Shown: positions 1-7,721 of the stretch, in pieces
How the letters are laid out: every line of letters begins with the position of its first letter
Numbering within the stretch: position 1 is the stretch's first letter
Origin: Escherichia phage LYE-01
Direction: 5' to 3' (one strand)
Sequence record: PQ303785.1
Length of the DNA: 64,000 nt
Made by a program: the position numbers and the translations under genes
The notes under the pieces: model-generated
The model's database searches: none
What the model was told of the DNA's origin: nothing
Seen by the model: only the letters and a program-made list of their open reading frames with translations

Positions 1-875
1 CTGTTGACCCAGGAGAAAACACTGCTTATATCAGTCCATTCTTTACGCACAAAGATTTTTATCAATGTGAACTCACTGAAGTTAAACGCAGTAATGCTCC
101 TATTATTGATGTAGCTACTGATGTTCGCAACGGTAAGTGGATTTATGATAAAATTGTTGACGGGCATGGAGTACGTGGATTTACTGGTGATACCGCTTTA
201 CGCGATTTTATGGTAAATTATTTTTCAATCGTAAAATCGCTAGATGATTTGTTTGAAAATCGTGTAATGGCATTTACGAATAAATCTGTTGATAAGTTAA
301 ATAGCATTATTCGCAAAAAGATTTTTGAAACTGATAAAGATTTTATCGTTGGTGAAATTATTGTAATGCAGGAACCATTAATTAAAACATATAAAATTGA
401 TGGAAAGCCTGTGTCAGAAATTATTTTTAATAACGGGCAATTAGTTCGTATTATAGAAGCAGAGTATACATCAACATTTGTTAAAGCTCGTGGTGTTTCT
501 GGAGAATATCTAATTCGTCATTGGGATTTAACAGTAGAAACTTACGGCGATGATGAATATTATCGTGAAAAGATTAAAATAATTTCATCTGATGAAGAGC
601 TGTATAAGTTTAACTTATTTTTAGGTAAAACGGCAGAAACTTATAAAAATTGGAATAAAGGTGGAAAAGCTCCGTGGAGTGATTTTTGGGATGCTAAATC
701 GCAGTTTAGTAAAGTGAAAGCACTTCCTGCATCAACGTTCCATAAAGCGCAGGGTATGTCTGTAGACCGTGCTTTCATCTATACGCCTTGTATTCATTAT
801 GCAGACGCTGAATTGGCTCAGCAGCTTCTTTATGTTGGTGTCACTCGTGGTCGTTATGATGTGTTTTATGTATGA
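1..875 (+). CDS. dda: DNA helicase Dda, C-terminal part (5' end lies upstream of the window)
   Basis: Frame 3 is open from the window edge to TGA 873-875; position immediately upstream of dexA.2/dexA.1/dexA matches T4 order. Confidence 0.75.
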   Translation, partial: VDPGENTAYISPFFTHKDFYQCELTEVKRSNAPIIDVATDVRNGKWIYDKIVDGHGVRGFTGDTALRDFMVNYFSIVKSLDDLFENRVMAFTNKSVDKLNSIIRKKIFETDKDFIVGEIIVMQEPLIKTYKIDGKPVSEIIFNNGQLVRIIEAEYTSTFVKARGVSGEYLIRHWDLTVETYGDDEYYREKIKIISSDEELYKFNLFLGKTAETYKNWNKGGKAPWSDFWDAKSQFSKVKALPASTFHKAQGMSVDRAFIYTPCIHYADAELAQQLLYVGVTRGRYDVFYV

Positions 876-881
876 TTAAAT

Positions 882-1142
882 TTGAGGAAGCTATTCGTGG
901 AAATAACTAAAGATCAGTTTTATCTTCTTCAAGATAAAGTAAGCGAAATTTATGAAATTGCTTATAGCAAAAATCGTGAAACTGTAAAAATAGAATCTAG
1001 TAAGTTGATGCTTCAATTAGAAGAAATTGAACGAGATTTAATTGCGTTAGAATTCTTTTGTGGTGAAGTTAAAACTGTTACAATCAATGATTACGTTTTA
1101 GGCGAAATTAGCTATCTTTATAAGGCGATTATTAATGATTGA
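882..1142 (+). CDS. hypothetical early protein (dexA.2 position)
   Basis: ORF track; track start is TTG 882, GTG 897 lies 8 nt after GAGGA; start uncertain. Confidence 0.45.
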   Translation: MRKLFVEITKDQFYLLQDKVSEIYEIAYSKNRETVKIESSKLMLQLEEIERDLIALEFFCGEVKTVTINDYVLGEISYLYKAIIND

Positions 1143-1377
1143 ATTAAGTTGGTACCAATTTAAATCTCTTATGACAAATGTTAAAGCTGTCATTGAAGAA
1201 AATCCGGGTCCTGAAAATATTACTATTCGCGAAAAAGCTTTAAAGATAGTATACAGTCTTGAAGAAATACAAAAAGATATTGAATCTATGGCAAAATTTA
1301 TTGATGAGCCTATCAATAAAGTTTATATTCAAGACTATACTGTAGGTCAAATTCGTGATTTAGCGAGGAAAATTTAA
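1135..1377 (+). CDS. hypothetical early protein (dexA.1 position)
   Basis: ORF track, ATG 1135, tightly packed with neighbours. Confidence 0.5.
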   Translation: MIELSWYQFKSLMTNVKAVIEENPGPENITIREKALKIVYSLEEIQKDIESMAKFIDEPINKVYIQDYTVGQIRDLARKI

Positions 1378-2060
1378 TGTTTGATTTTATTATAGATTTT
1401 GAAACAATGGGAAGCGGTGAAAAAGCAGCTGTTATTGATTTGGCTGTAATTGCTTTTGACCCTAACCCAGAAGTAGTTGAAACATTTGATGAATTAGTTT
1501 CACGCGGCATTAAAATCAAATTTGATTTAAAAAGCCAAAAAGGACATCGTCTTTTTACTAAAAGCACTATCGAATGGTGGAAGAATCAATCTCCTGAAGC
1601 TAGAAAAAATATTGCACCATCCGATGAAGATGTAAGCACTATCGATGGTATTGCAAAATTTAATGATTACATTAATGCACATAATATCGATCCTTGGAAA
1701 TCTCAAGGCTGGTGTCGTGGAATGTCATTTGATTTTCCAATTTTAGTCGATCTCATTCGTGATATTCAGCGTCTTAATGGTGTATCTGAGAATGAGCTTG
1801 ACACATTTAAGTTAGAACCATGTAAATTCTGGAATCAGCGTGATATTCGTACCAGAATTGAAGCACTTCTCCTTGTTCGTGATATGACCACATGTCCTCT
1901 TCCAAAGGGAACTTTAGATGGATTCGTTGCACATGATTCTATTCATGACTGTGCGAAAGACATCCTGATGATGAAGTATGCTTTGCGATATGCTATGGGT
2001 CTTGAAGATGCTCCGTCAGAGGAAGATTGCGATCCTCTATCTCTTCCAACAAAACGATAA
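1377..2060 (+). CDS. dexA: exonuclease A (DexA)
   Basis: 227 aa, N-terminus MFDFIIDFETMGSG (DEDD exonuclease-like), GAGGA SD; matches T4 DexA length and position. Confidence 0.85.
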   Translation: MFDFIIDFETMGSGEKAAVIDLAVIAFDPNPEVVETFDELVSRGIKIKFDLKSQKGHRLFTKSTIEWWKNQSPEARKNIAPSDEDVSTIDGIAKFNDYINAHNIDPWKSQGWCRGMSFDFPILVDLIRDIQRLNGVSENELDTFKLEPCKFWNQRDIRTRIEALLLVRDMTTCPLPKGTLDGFVAHDSIHDCAKDILMMKYALRYAMGLEDAPSEEDCDPLSLPTKR

Positions 2061-2066
2061 AAAGTT

Positions 2067-2096
2067 GTTTACTTCCTCGGTTAGTTGTGGTATTAT
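2067..2096 (+). promoter_or_regulatory. early promoter (GTTTAC, 18 bp, TATTAT)
   Basis: -35 at 2067-2072, -10 at 2091-2096. Confidence 0.6.
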
Positions 2097-2123
2097 AACA
2101 CCATAGCTACTGAGGATAATAAA

Positions 2124-2624
2124 ATGAAAATTTATCGTGTTGAATCATCTTTTAGTATTCTTAATTATGAAGATGCTATAACAATACGTCGAAATCTTTG
2201 TGTTCAAATAACGCCGTACAGGAGTATAATAGATTCATGGAGCGAAGAGTGGTTATTACACGTAGGTTATGATAGACCTAATTTTATGCATCATAGCGAT
2301 AATAATAAAAGAATTCCTTTACCACACGAAGATAAACTATTAGTTAAAAACGCTAATATAGTAATTAATACTAAGTTCAAGAAAGATTATGTTGGAGTAG
2401 AATATCATATTCCAGGATGGTTTATAGCTCTTTATCATTTTGCTTTCGCTAGTGAATATGATATGATGAGATGGTTCACACGAGAAGAGCGGGAAGAATT
2501 ATCTTCTAAAGGATTTTATCTTGCTGTATACGAAGTGCCAGATGACCAAGTTATCATTGGCAGGCGCCAAGTAATGTTCCGCAAATCACATGCTGAACTC
2601 GTAGATTTTATTGAAATGAGATAA
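2124..2624 (+). CDS. hypothetical protein (motB.2 position)
   Basis: Track ORF 2085-2624 begins with TTG inside the promoter; first ATG 2124 follows GAGGA. Confidence 0.5.
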   Translation: MKIYRVESSFSILNYEDAITIRRNLCVQITPYRSIIDSWSEEWLLHVGYDRPNFMHHSDNNKRIPLPHEDKLLVKNANIVINTKFKKDYVGVEYHIPGWFIALYHFAFASEYDMMRWFTREEREELSSKGFYLAVYEVPDDQVIIGRRQVMFRKSHAELVDFIEMR

Positions 2625-2625
2625 T

Positions 2626-3168
2626 ATGAAATTTAATTATACTCCTGAATACACACCAAATCCGGCAGCTAAACTGATTGATTTTGATGTTGTAAGCACT
2701 TATGTATGCCCTGTTAAACCACTGGAAATTAAGGAACCTACTATGACTACCGCTATTGAAATCGGCAAAACCTACAAACTGGTTGAAACTGAAATTAAAA
2801 CTAATGCCTTAATTTCCGGCCATAAAATTTTGACTGATGTTTTTGGCGAAGGCGAATTTACCGTTGAAGACTTTGAAAAAAGTAAATGGTTTACTAAATC
2901 TTATATTGTCCACGGTCGTCGTTTAGACAATAACAAAATAGAGAAAATCCTGGTTTATGAAGCAGAGTTCATCCTGTTCCAAGAAGTTGAAGAACAAGAC
3001 CCTACCGACCTTCTAACTCGTGCAGTAGCTATTAAGACCCCATTTATTTCGGTCTGCGGTTGGGTAACAGACCAGTGGGTTGAAGACGGTGTTGAACTTC
3101 TAAACGTTGTTCATGCAGGTGATTTTAGCGTAGTACCTCGTAGTGCGGTGGTAGCTATTTTAAATTAA
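2626..3168 (+). CDS. MotB paralog (motB.1 position)
   Basis: 180 aa; C-terminus CGWVTDQWVEDGVELLNVV closely matches C-terminus of the next ORF. Confidence 0.55.
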   Translation: MKFNYTPEYTPNPAAKLIDFDVVSTYVCPVKPLEIKEPTMTTAIEIGKTYKLVETEIKTNALISGHKILTDVFGEGEFTVEDFEKSKWFTKSYIVHGRRLDNNKIEKILVYEAEFILFQEVEEQDPTDLLTRAVAIKTPFISVCGWVTDQWVEDGVELLNVVHAGDFSVVPRSAVVAILN

Positions 3169-3170
3169 TA

Positions 3171-3200
3171 GTTTACAAACTCTTGGGACCGGAGTATAAT
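3171..3200 (+). promoter_or_regulatory. early promoter for motB
   Basis: GTTTAC 3171-3176, TATAAT 3195-3200; -10 sits in the loop of GGGACC/GGTCCC. Confidence 0.6.
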
Positions 3201-3244
3201 GGTCCCGCGGAGTATAAAATCTTTTTAACAAGTGAGAGATAACT

Positions 3245-3733
3245 ATGATTATTAATATTGGTGAAATTGCTCGTGTATCTGATAAATCTCGTTCTAAAGC
3301 AGCAGGAAAATTGGTCGAAATTGTAAGCATTCAGCTTAAACACGGCGTTAAAGATGAAGATTCTGAAGTAAAAGTGCGTATCATTCCTAAAGATGGAAAG
3401 TCTAAACCTCAGTTTGGCTATGTTCGTGCGAAATTTCTTGAATCTGCGTTTTTGAAAGCTGTTCCCGCTAAAGGAATTGAGACGATTGATACTTCGCATG
3501 TAGGTGTAGACTTTAAGTGGAAACTCGGTCAATCTATTAAGTTCATTGCTCCTTGCGAATTTAAATTCATTCCAGATGATGGAAAGGCTGTTTATACTCG
3601 TGCTATGTGTGGATACATTACCGATCAATGGGTAGAAGATGGTGTTAAGTTGTACAACGTGGTATTTTTAGGAACATACAAAGTCATTCCTGAAAGTTGG
3701 ATTAAACACTATAGAAATGCGCTCTATGCATAA
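3245..3733 (+). CDS. motB: MotB-like modifier of transcription
   Basis: 162 aa (T4 MotB length), early promoter upstream, position between dexA and gene 39. Confidence 0.65.
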   Translation: MIINIGEIARVSDKSRSKAAGKLVEIVSIQLKHGVKDEDSEVKVRIIPKDGKSKPQFGYVRAKFLESAFLKAVPAKGIETIDTSHVGVDFKWKLGQSIKFIAPCEFKFIPDDGKAVYTRAMCGYITDQWVEDGVKLYNVVFLGTYKVIPESWIKHYRNALYA

Positions 3734-3830
3734 AGTTTAAAATTTTTTCATAAAACTATATACATCAGTAGTTGATTATGGTACTATATCAATATCAACT
3801 ACTGATACAGAAAACAACTTGGAGAATAAA

Positions 3831-4100
3831 ATGGAAAACTTAATTATCATCGAACAATCTTTCAACGATTATGGTATGGCTTACGGTTATCGTGCGATAA
3901 TGGAAGATTCTCGTGGATGTGTTATCGATATTGCTGAATGTAAAGATTTACTGCAGCTTTTGAAGATTGTTCGCAAAAATTGGGATTGTGAAAACATTAA
4001 AGTTCGTGTTGTAACGGAAGAAGAAACTGTTTTTCATGATGTAAAATTTGCCAAAGGTGCTGCTACTCTTCTGAAACGCATCGCTCCACTGTTCAATTAA
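3831..4100 (+). CDS. hypothetical protein
   Basis: Track ORF starts TTG 3819; first ATG 3831 after GGAG. Confidence 0.45.
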   Translation: MENLIIIEQSFNDYGMAYGYRAIMEDSRGCVIDIAECKDLLQLLKIVRKNWDCENIKVRVVTEEETVFHDVKFAKGAATLLKRIAPLFN

Positions 4101-4113
4101 TGAGGAAATTGTA

Positions 4114-4329
4114 ATGAAACGTAAAATTGTTCAGAACTGCACTAATGACGAATTTGAAGATGTATTATTCGATCCAGATTTGGTAGTAGTTCAAAAGGAA
4201 CACACCATTAAGTTTACCCACTTGACTTCGGTTTATGTGTATGAAAAGGTTGGTGATAAACAACCAATTTACGGTGTATTTCGTGAAATTACTGAAGATG
4301 GCACAACTTACTGGAAGGAAATTTATTAA
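4114..4329 (+). CDS. hypothetical 71-aa protein, possibly Cef (tRNA-processing modifier)
   Basis: 71 aa equals T4 cef length; synteny only. Confidence 0.4.
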   Translation: MKRKIVQNCTNDEFEDVLFDPDLVVVQKEHTIKFTHLTSVYVYEKVGDKQPIYGVFREITEDGTTYWKEIY

Positions 4330-4748
4330 TGGCTATTAAATTTGAAGTTAATAAATGGTATCAATTTAAAAATAAACAAGCTCAAGAAAATTTTATTAAA
4401 GACCATACTGATAACGGAATCTATGCACGACGTTTAGGTATAGAACCTTTTAAAATTTTAGATGTTGACTATTACGGGCGTCCTACTAAAATTGTGACAT
4501 CTACTGGCACAATTGGATATTCAACATGTGGTACAGTCATTGACGAAAACTTTATCTGGCTCTCTACTAACGAAGCTGAGTTCTTTGATGAAGTTGAAAA
4601 TCCATATCAGGCATCTGAAGAGCAAGGGCAGGAAGAGCAAGAACAAATAGAAGATTTCACAGAATTCCCTGTCATGAAAGTTACTATTGAAAATAATGAA
4701 CAGGCATGGTCCTTGTATCAGATGTTGAAAGCACACTTTAAGGAATAA
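4329..4748 (+). CDS. hypothetical 139-aa protein, possibly GoF/ComC-alpha
   Basis: Size and position resemble T4 goF; acidic C-terminal tail. Confidence 0.4.
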   Translation: MAIKFEVNKWYQFKNKQAQENFIKDHTDNGIYARRLGIEPFKILDVDYYGRPTKIVTSTGTIGYSTCGTVIDENFIWLSTNEAEFFDEVENPYQASEEQGQEEQEQIEDFTEFPVMKVTIENNEQAWSLYQMLKAHFKE

Positions 4749-4750
4749 TT

Positions 4751-4927
4751 ATGCCAATGTATGATTATAAATGCCAATCCGAAGATTGTGGGCATGAATA
4801 TGAAAAAATTAAAAAGATTTCTGAACGAGAAAATGATGTTTGCCCTAAATGTCATCGTTTGTCTACTCGTCGGCCTTCTGCTCCTAAGCATGTGAATGGT
4901 GGATTTTACGACTTACTTAAAGGGTAA
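4751..4927 (+). CDS. small zinc-ribbon protein (58 aa, two CxxC pairs)
   Basis: Not in ORF track (under 60 aa); ATG 4751 to TAA 4925-4927; CQSEDC ... CPKC. Confidence 0.5.
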   Translation: MPMYDYKCQSEDCGHEYEKIKKISERENDVCPKCHRLSTRRPSAPKHVNGGFYDLLKG

Positions 4928-4929
4928 TT

Positions 4930-5301
4930 ATGTTTAAAATCGGTAAGAAATATCGTGTTCGCGAAGGTGAAGAAAAGAAATATCTACTTTCTTCTATTTA
5001 TAGGAATAGTTCTATTAATACTGTAATATCTACAAGCGAATTTATCGTTGAAGATATGAAAGGTCATAATGTTACAATGATTAGTACAGCATCTGGAAAT
5101 GATGGAAAAATTCTTCACAGCTTTCAGAGTAATGTTCTAATTTATGATGAAGAATTTGACTTCTTCGAAGAAGTTACAGAAGATTTTGATTTTGGATGCA
5201 CCATCACTATGAAATCTGGTGACCCTCTTTCATTTACGGTTAAAGATGAAAGAAGTCGCTTGAGAATTATTAGTCTTCTTCAAGCCATTAAATTTGAGTG
5301 A
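4930..5301 (+). CDS. hypothetical protein
   Basis: ORF track, ATG 4930. Confidence 0.5.
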   Translation: MFKIGKKYRVREGEEKKYLLSSIYRNSSINTVISTSEFIVEDMKGHNVTMISTASGNDGKILHSFQSNVLIYDEEFDFFEEVTEDFDFGCTITMKSGDPLSFTVKDERSRLRIISLLQAIKFE

Positions 5302-5305
5302 AATT

Positions 5306-5566
5306 ATGAAATATGTTAATCGTTCTATCGCGGCATTAGTATTAGCAGTATCTTTAGTAGGATGTACTGATGCTGATAATGCAACCAAAGTTTTGTCTTC
5401 AAGTGGGTTTACTAATATTGAAATCACTGGATACAATTGGTTTGGTTGCTCTGAAAATGATTTCCAACACACTGGATTTCGTGCTATTGGACCTACTGGG
5501 CAGAAAGTAGAAGGAACCGTGTGTTCTGGTCTATTCTTCAAGGATTCGACTATCCGTTTTAAATAA
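5306..5566 (+). CDS. putative lipoprotein (lipobox LVGC)
   Basis: Track ORF starts TTG 5294; from ATG 5306: MKYVNRSIAALVLAVSLVGC, signal peptide plus lipobox cysteine. Confidence 0.5.
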   Translation: MKYVNRSIAALVLAVSLVGCTDADNATKVLSSSGFTNIEITGYNWFGCSENDFQHTGFRAIGPTGQKVEGTVCSGLFFKDSTIRFK

Positions 5567-5583
5567 AAGGCCTTCGGGCCTTT
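5566..5583 (+). terminator. hairpin terminator AAAGGCC-TTCG-GGCCTTT
   Basis: GC stem, UUCG loop, followed by TTTAGCTTT. Confidence 0.55.
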
Positions 5584-5584
5584 A

Positions 5585-5608
5585 GCTTTATGATTACTGG
5601 AGTATAAT
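5585..5608 (+). promoter_or_regulatory. candidate promoter for gene 39
   Basis: TATAAT 5603-5608 preceded by TAGCTTTA (MotA-box-like); no GTTTAC. Confidence 0.4.
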
Positions 5609-5635
5609 ATTCCCGAAACCAAACGAGGATAAGTG

Positions 5636-7453
5636 ATGATTAAGAATGAAATTAAAATTCTGAGCGATATTGAACATATCAAAAAGCGTAGCGGCATGTA
5701 CATTGGCTCTTCCGCTAATGAAATGCATGAGCGCTTTCTGTTTGGTAAATGGGAAAGTGTTCAGTATGTACCTGGTCTTGTTAAGCTTATTGATGAAATT
5801 ATTGATAACTCAGTAGATGAAGGTATTCGTACTAAGTTTAAATTCGCAAATAAAATTAATGTTACTATCAAAAACAATCAAGTAACAGTTGAAGATAACG
5901 GTCGTGGTATTCCACAAGCGATGGTTAAAACACCTACCGGTGAAGAAATTCCTGGTCCAGTTGCTGCATGGACTATTCCAAAGGCAGGTGGTAACTTTGG
6001 TGATGATAAAGAACGCGTCACTGGTGGTATGAATGGTGTTGGTTCTAGTTTAACTAACATTTTTTCTGTGATGTTTGTCGGTGAAACTGGCGACGGTCAA
6101 AATAATATTGTAGTTCGTTGTTCAAATGGCATGGAAAATAAATCATGGGAAGATATTCCTGGAAAATGGAAAGGAACACGTGTTACTTTCATTCCTGATT
6201 TTATGTCATTTGAAACTAATGAGCTATCTCAGGTTTATCTTGACATTACACTAGATCGTCTCCAGACACTTGCGGTAGTTTATCCTGATATTCAATTTAC
6301 CTTTAATGGTAAAAAGGTTCAGGGTAATTTTAAGAAATATGCACGCCAATATGATGAACACGCTATCGTTCAAGAACAAGAAAATTGTTCTATTGCGGTT
6401 GGTCGTTCACCTGATGGTTTTCGTCAATTAACATACGTTAATAACATTCATACTAAGAATGGTGGCCATCACATTGACTGCGTTATGGATGATATTTGTG
6501 AAGACCTTATTCCACAAATCAAACGTAAGTTCAAAATTGATGTAACTAAAGCACGTGTTAAAGAATGTTTGACTATCGTTATGTTTGTTCGTGATATGAA
6601 AAACATGCGATTTGATTCTCAAACTAAAGAGCGTTTGACTTCTCCATTTGGTGAAATTCGTAGTCATATTCAGCTTGATGCTAAAAAGATTTCACGTGCT
6701 ATTTTAAATAATGAAGCAATTTTAATGCCAATCATTGAAGCTGCCTTGGCTCGTAAATTGGCGGCAGAAAAAGCAGCAGAAACTAAAGCAGCTAAAAAGG
6801 CTTCTAAAGCCAAGGTTCATAAACATATTAAAGCGAATCTTTGTGGTAAAGATGCTGATACTACTCTTTTCTTGACTGAGGGTGATTCTGCTATCGGATA
6901 TCTTATTGATGTTCGTGATAAAGAACTTCATGGTGGTTATCCATTGCGTGGTAAAGTTCTCAACAGTTGGGGTATGTCTTATGCTGATATGCTTAAAAAC
7001 AAAGAACTGTTTGATATTTGCGCAATCACTGGATTGGTTCTTGGTGAAAAGGCTGAAAACTTAAATTATCATAATATTGCAATTATGACCGATGCTGACC
7101 ATGATGGTCTAGGAAGCATTTATCCTTCTCTGCTCGGATTTTTTAGTAATTGGCCAGAACTGTTTGAACAAGGAAGAATTCGCTTCGTCAAAACTCCTGT
7201 AATCATCGCTCAGGTCGGTAAAAAACAAGAATGGTTTTATACAGTCGCTGAATATGAGAGTGCTAAAGATGCTCTACCTAAACATAGCATCCGTTATATT
7301 AAAGGACTTGGCTCTTTGGAAAAATCTGAATATCGTGAGATGATTCAAAACCCAGTATATGATGTTGTTAAACTTCCTGAGAATTGGAAAGAGCTTTTTG
7401 AAATGCTCATGGGAGATAATGCTGACCTTCGTAAAGAATGGATGAGCCAGTAG
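5636..7453 (+). CDS. 39: DNA topoisomerase II large subunit, uninterrupted 39+60 type
   Basis: 605 aa; GyrB-like ATPase N-terminus through Toprim region ending EWMSQ; DADHDG-LGSIY is continuous. Confidence 0.9.
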   Translation: MIKNEIKILSDIEHIKKRSGMYIGSSANEMHERFLFGKWESVQYVPGLVKLIDEIIDNSVDEGIRTKFKFANKINVTIKNNQVTVEDNGRGIPQAMVKTPTGEEIPGPVAAWTIPKAGGNFGDDKERVTGGMNGVGSSLTNIFSVMFVGETGDGQNNIVVRCSNGMENKSWEDIPGKWKGTRVTFIPDFMSFETNELSQVYLDITLDRLQTLAVVYPDIQFTFNGKKVQGNFKKYARQYDEHAIVQEQENCSIAVGRSPDGFRQLTYVNNIHTKNGGHHIDCVMDDICEDLIPQIKRKFKIDVTKARVKECLTIVMFVRDMKNMRFDSQTKERLTSPFGEIRSHIQLDAKKISRAILNNEAILMPIIEAALARKLAAEKAAETKAAKKASKAKVHKHIKANLCGKDADTTLFLTEGDSAIGYLIDVRDKELHGGYPLRGKVLNSWGMSYADMLKNKELFDICAITGLVLGEKAENLNYHNIAIMTDADHDGLGSIYPSLLGFFSNWPELFEQGRIRFVKTPVIIAQVGKKQEWFYTVAEYESAKDALPKHSIRYIKGLGSLEKSEYREMIQNPVYDVVKLPENWKELFEMLMGDNADLRKEWMSQ

Positions 7454-7482
7454 TTTACTTTACCACAAGGATGTGGTATAAT
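7453..7482 (+). promoter_or_regulatory. early promoter upstream of rIIA.1/rIIA
   Basis: GTTTAC 7453-7458, TATAAT 7477-7482. Confidence 0.65.
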
Positions 7483-7507
7483 TAATTGGGCAAATGAGGA
7501 TATTGAA

Positions 7508-7711
7508 ATGAAATCATATAAAGTAAATTTAGAACTTTTTGATAAAGCAGTTCATCGAGAATATAGAATCATTCAACGCTTTTTCGATATGGGAGAAGCT
7601 GAAGAGTTTAAAAACCGCTTTAAGGATATTAGAGATAAAATTCAATCCGACACCGCAACTAAAGATGAACTACTAGAAGTTGCTGAAGTTATTAAACGCA
7701 ATATGAATTAA
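7508..7711 (+). CDS. hypothetical protein (rIIA.1 position)
   Basis: ORF track, 67 aa, downstream of an early promoter. Confidence 0.5.
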   Translation: MKSYKVNLELFDKAVHREYRIIQRFFDMGEAEEFKNRFKDIRDKIQSDTATKDELLEVAEVIKRNMN

Positions 7712-7721
7712 TGAGGAAATT

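Noticed and set aside
1098-1567. Minus-strand ORFs 1098-1316 and 1313-1567 antisense to dexA.1/dexA
   Set aside because: They overlap confidently called + strand genes in an A/T-rich genome where antisense frames stay open by chance; no promoter or SD; low-complexity translations.
3173-3628. Minus-strand 151-aa ORF antisense to motB
   Set aside because: Fully inside motB and its promoter, no ribosome-binding site, translation is low complexity.
5230-5703. Minus-strand 157-aa ORF spanning the lipoprotein gene, a terminator and the gene 39 start
   Set aside because: Crosses a terminator hairpin and a promoter on the opposite strand; contradicts the uniform + orientation of the early block.
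7081-7110. Searched for the gene 60 translational bypass (take-off GGA plus stop, 50-nt gap)
   Set aside because: Reading frame is continuous through DADHDG-LGSIY; no in-frame stop or gap.
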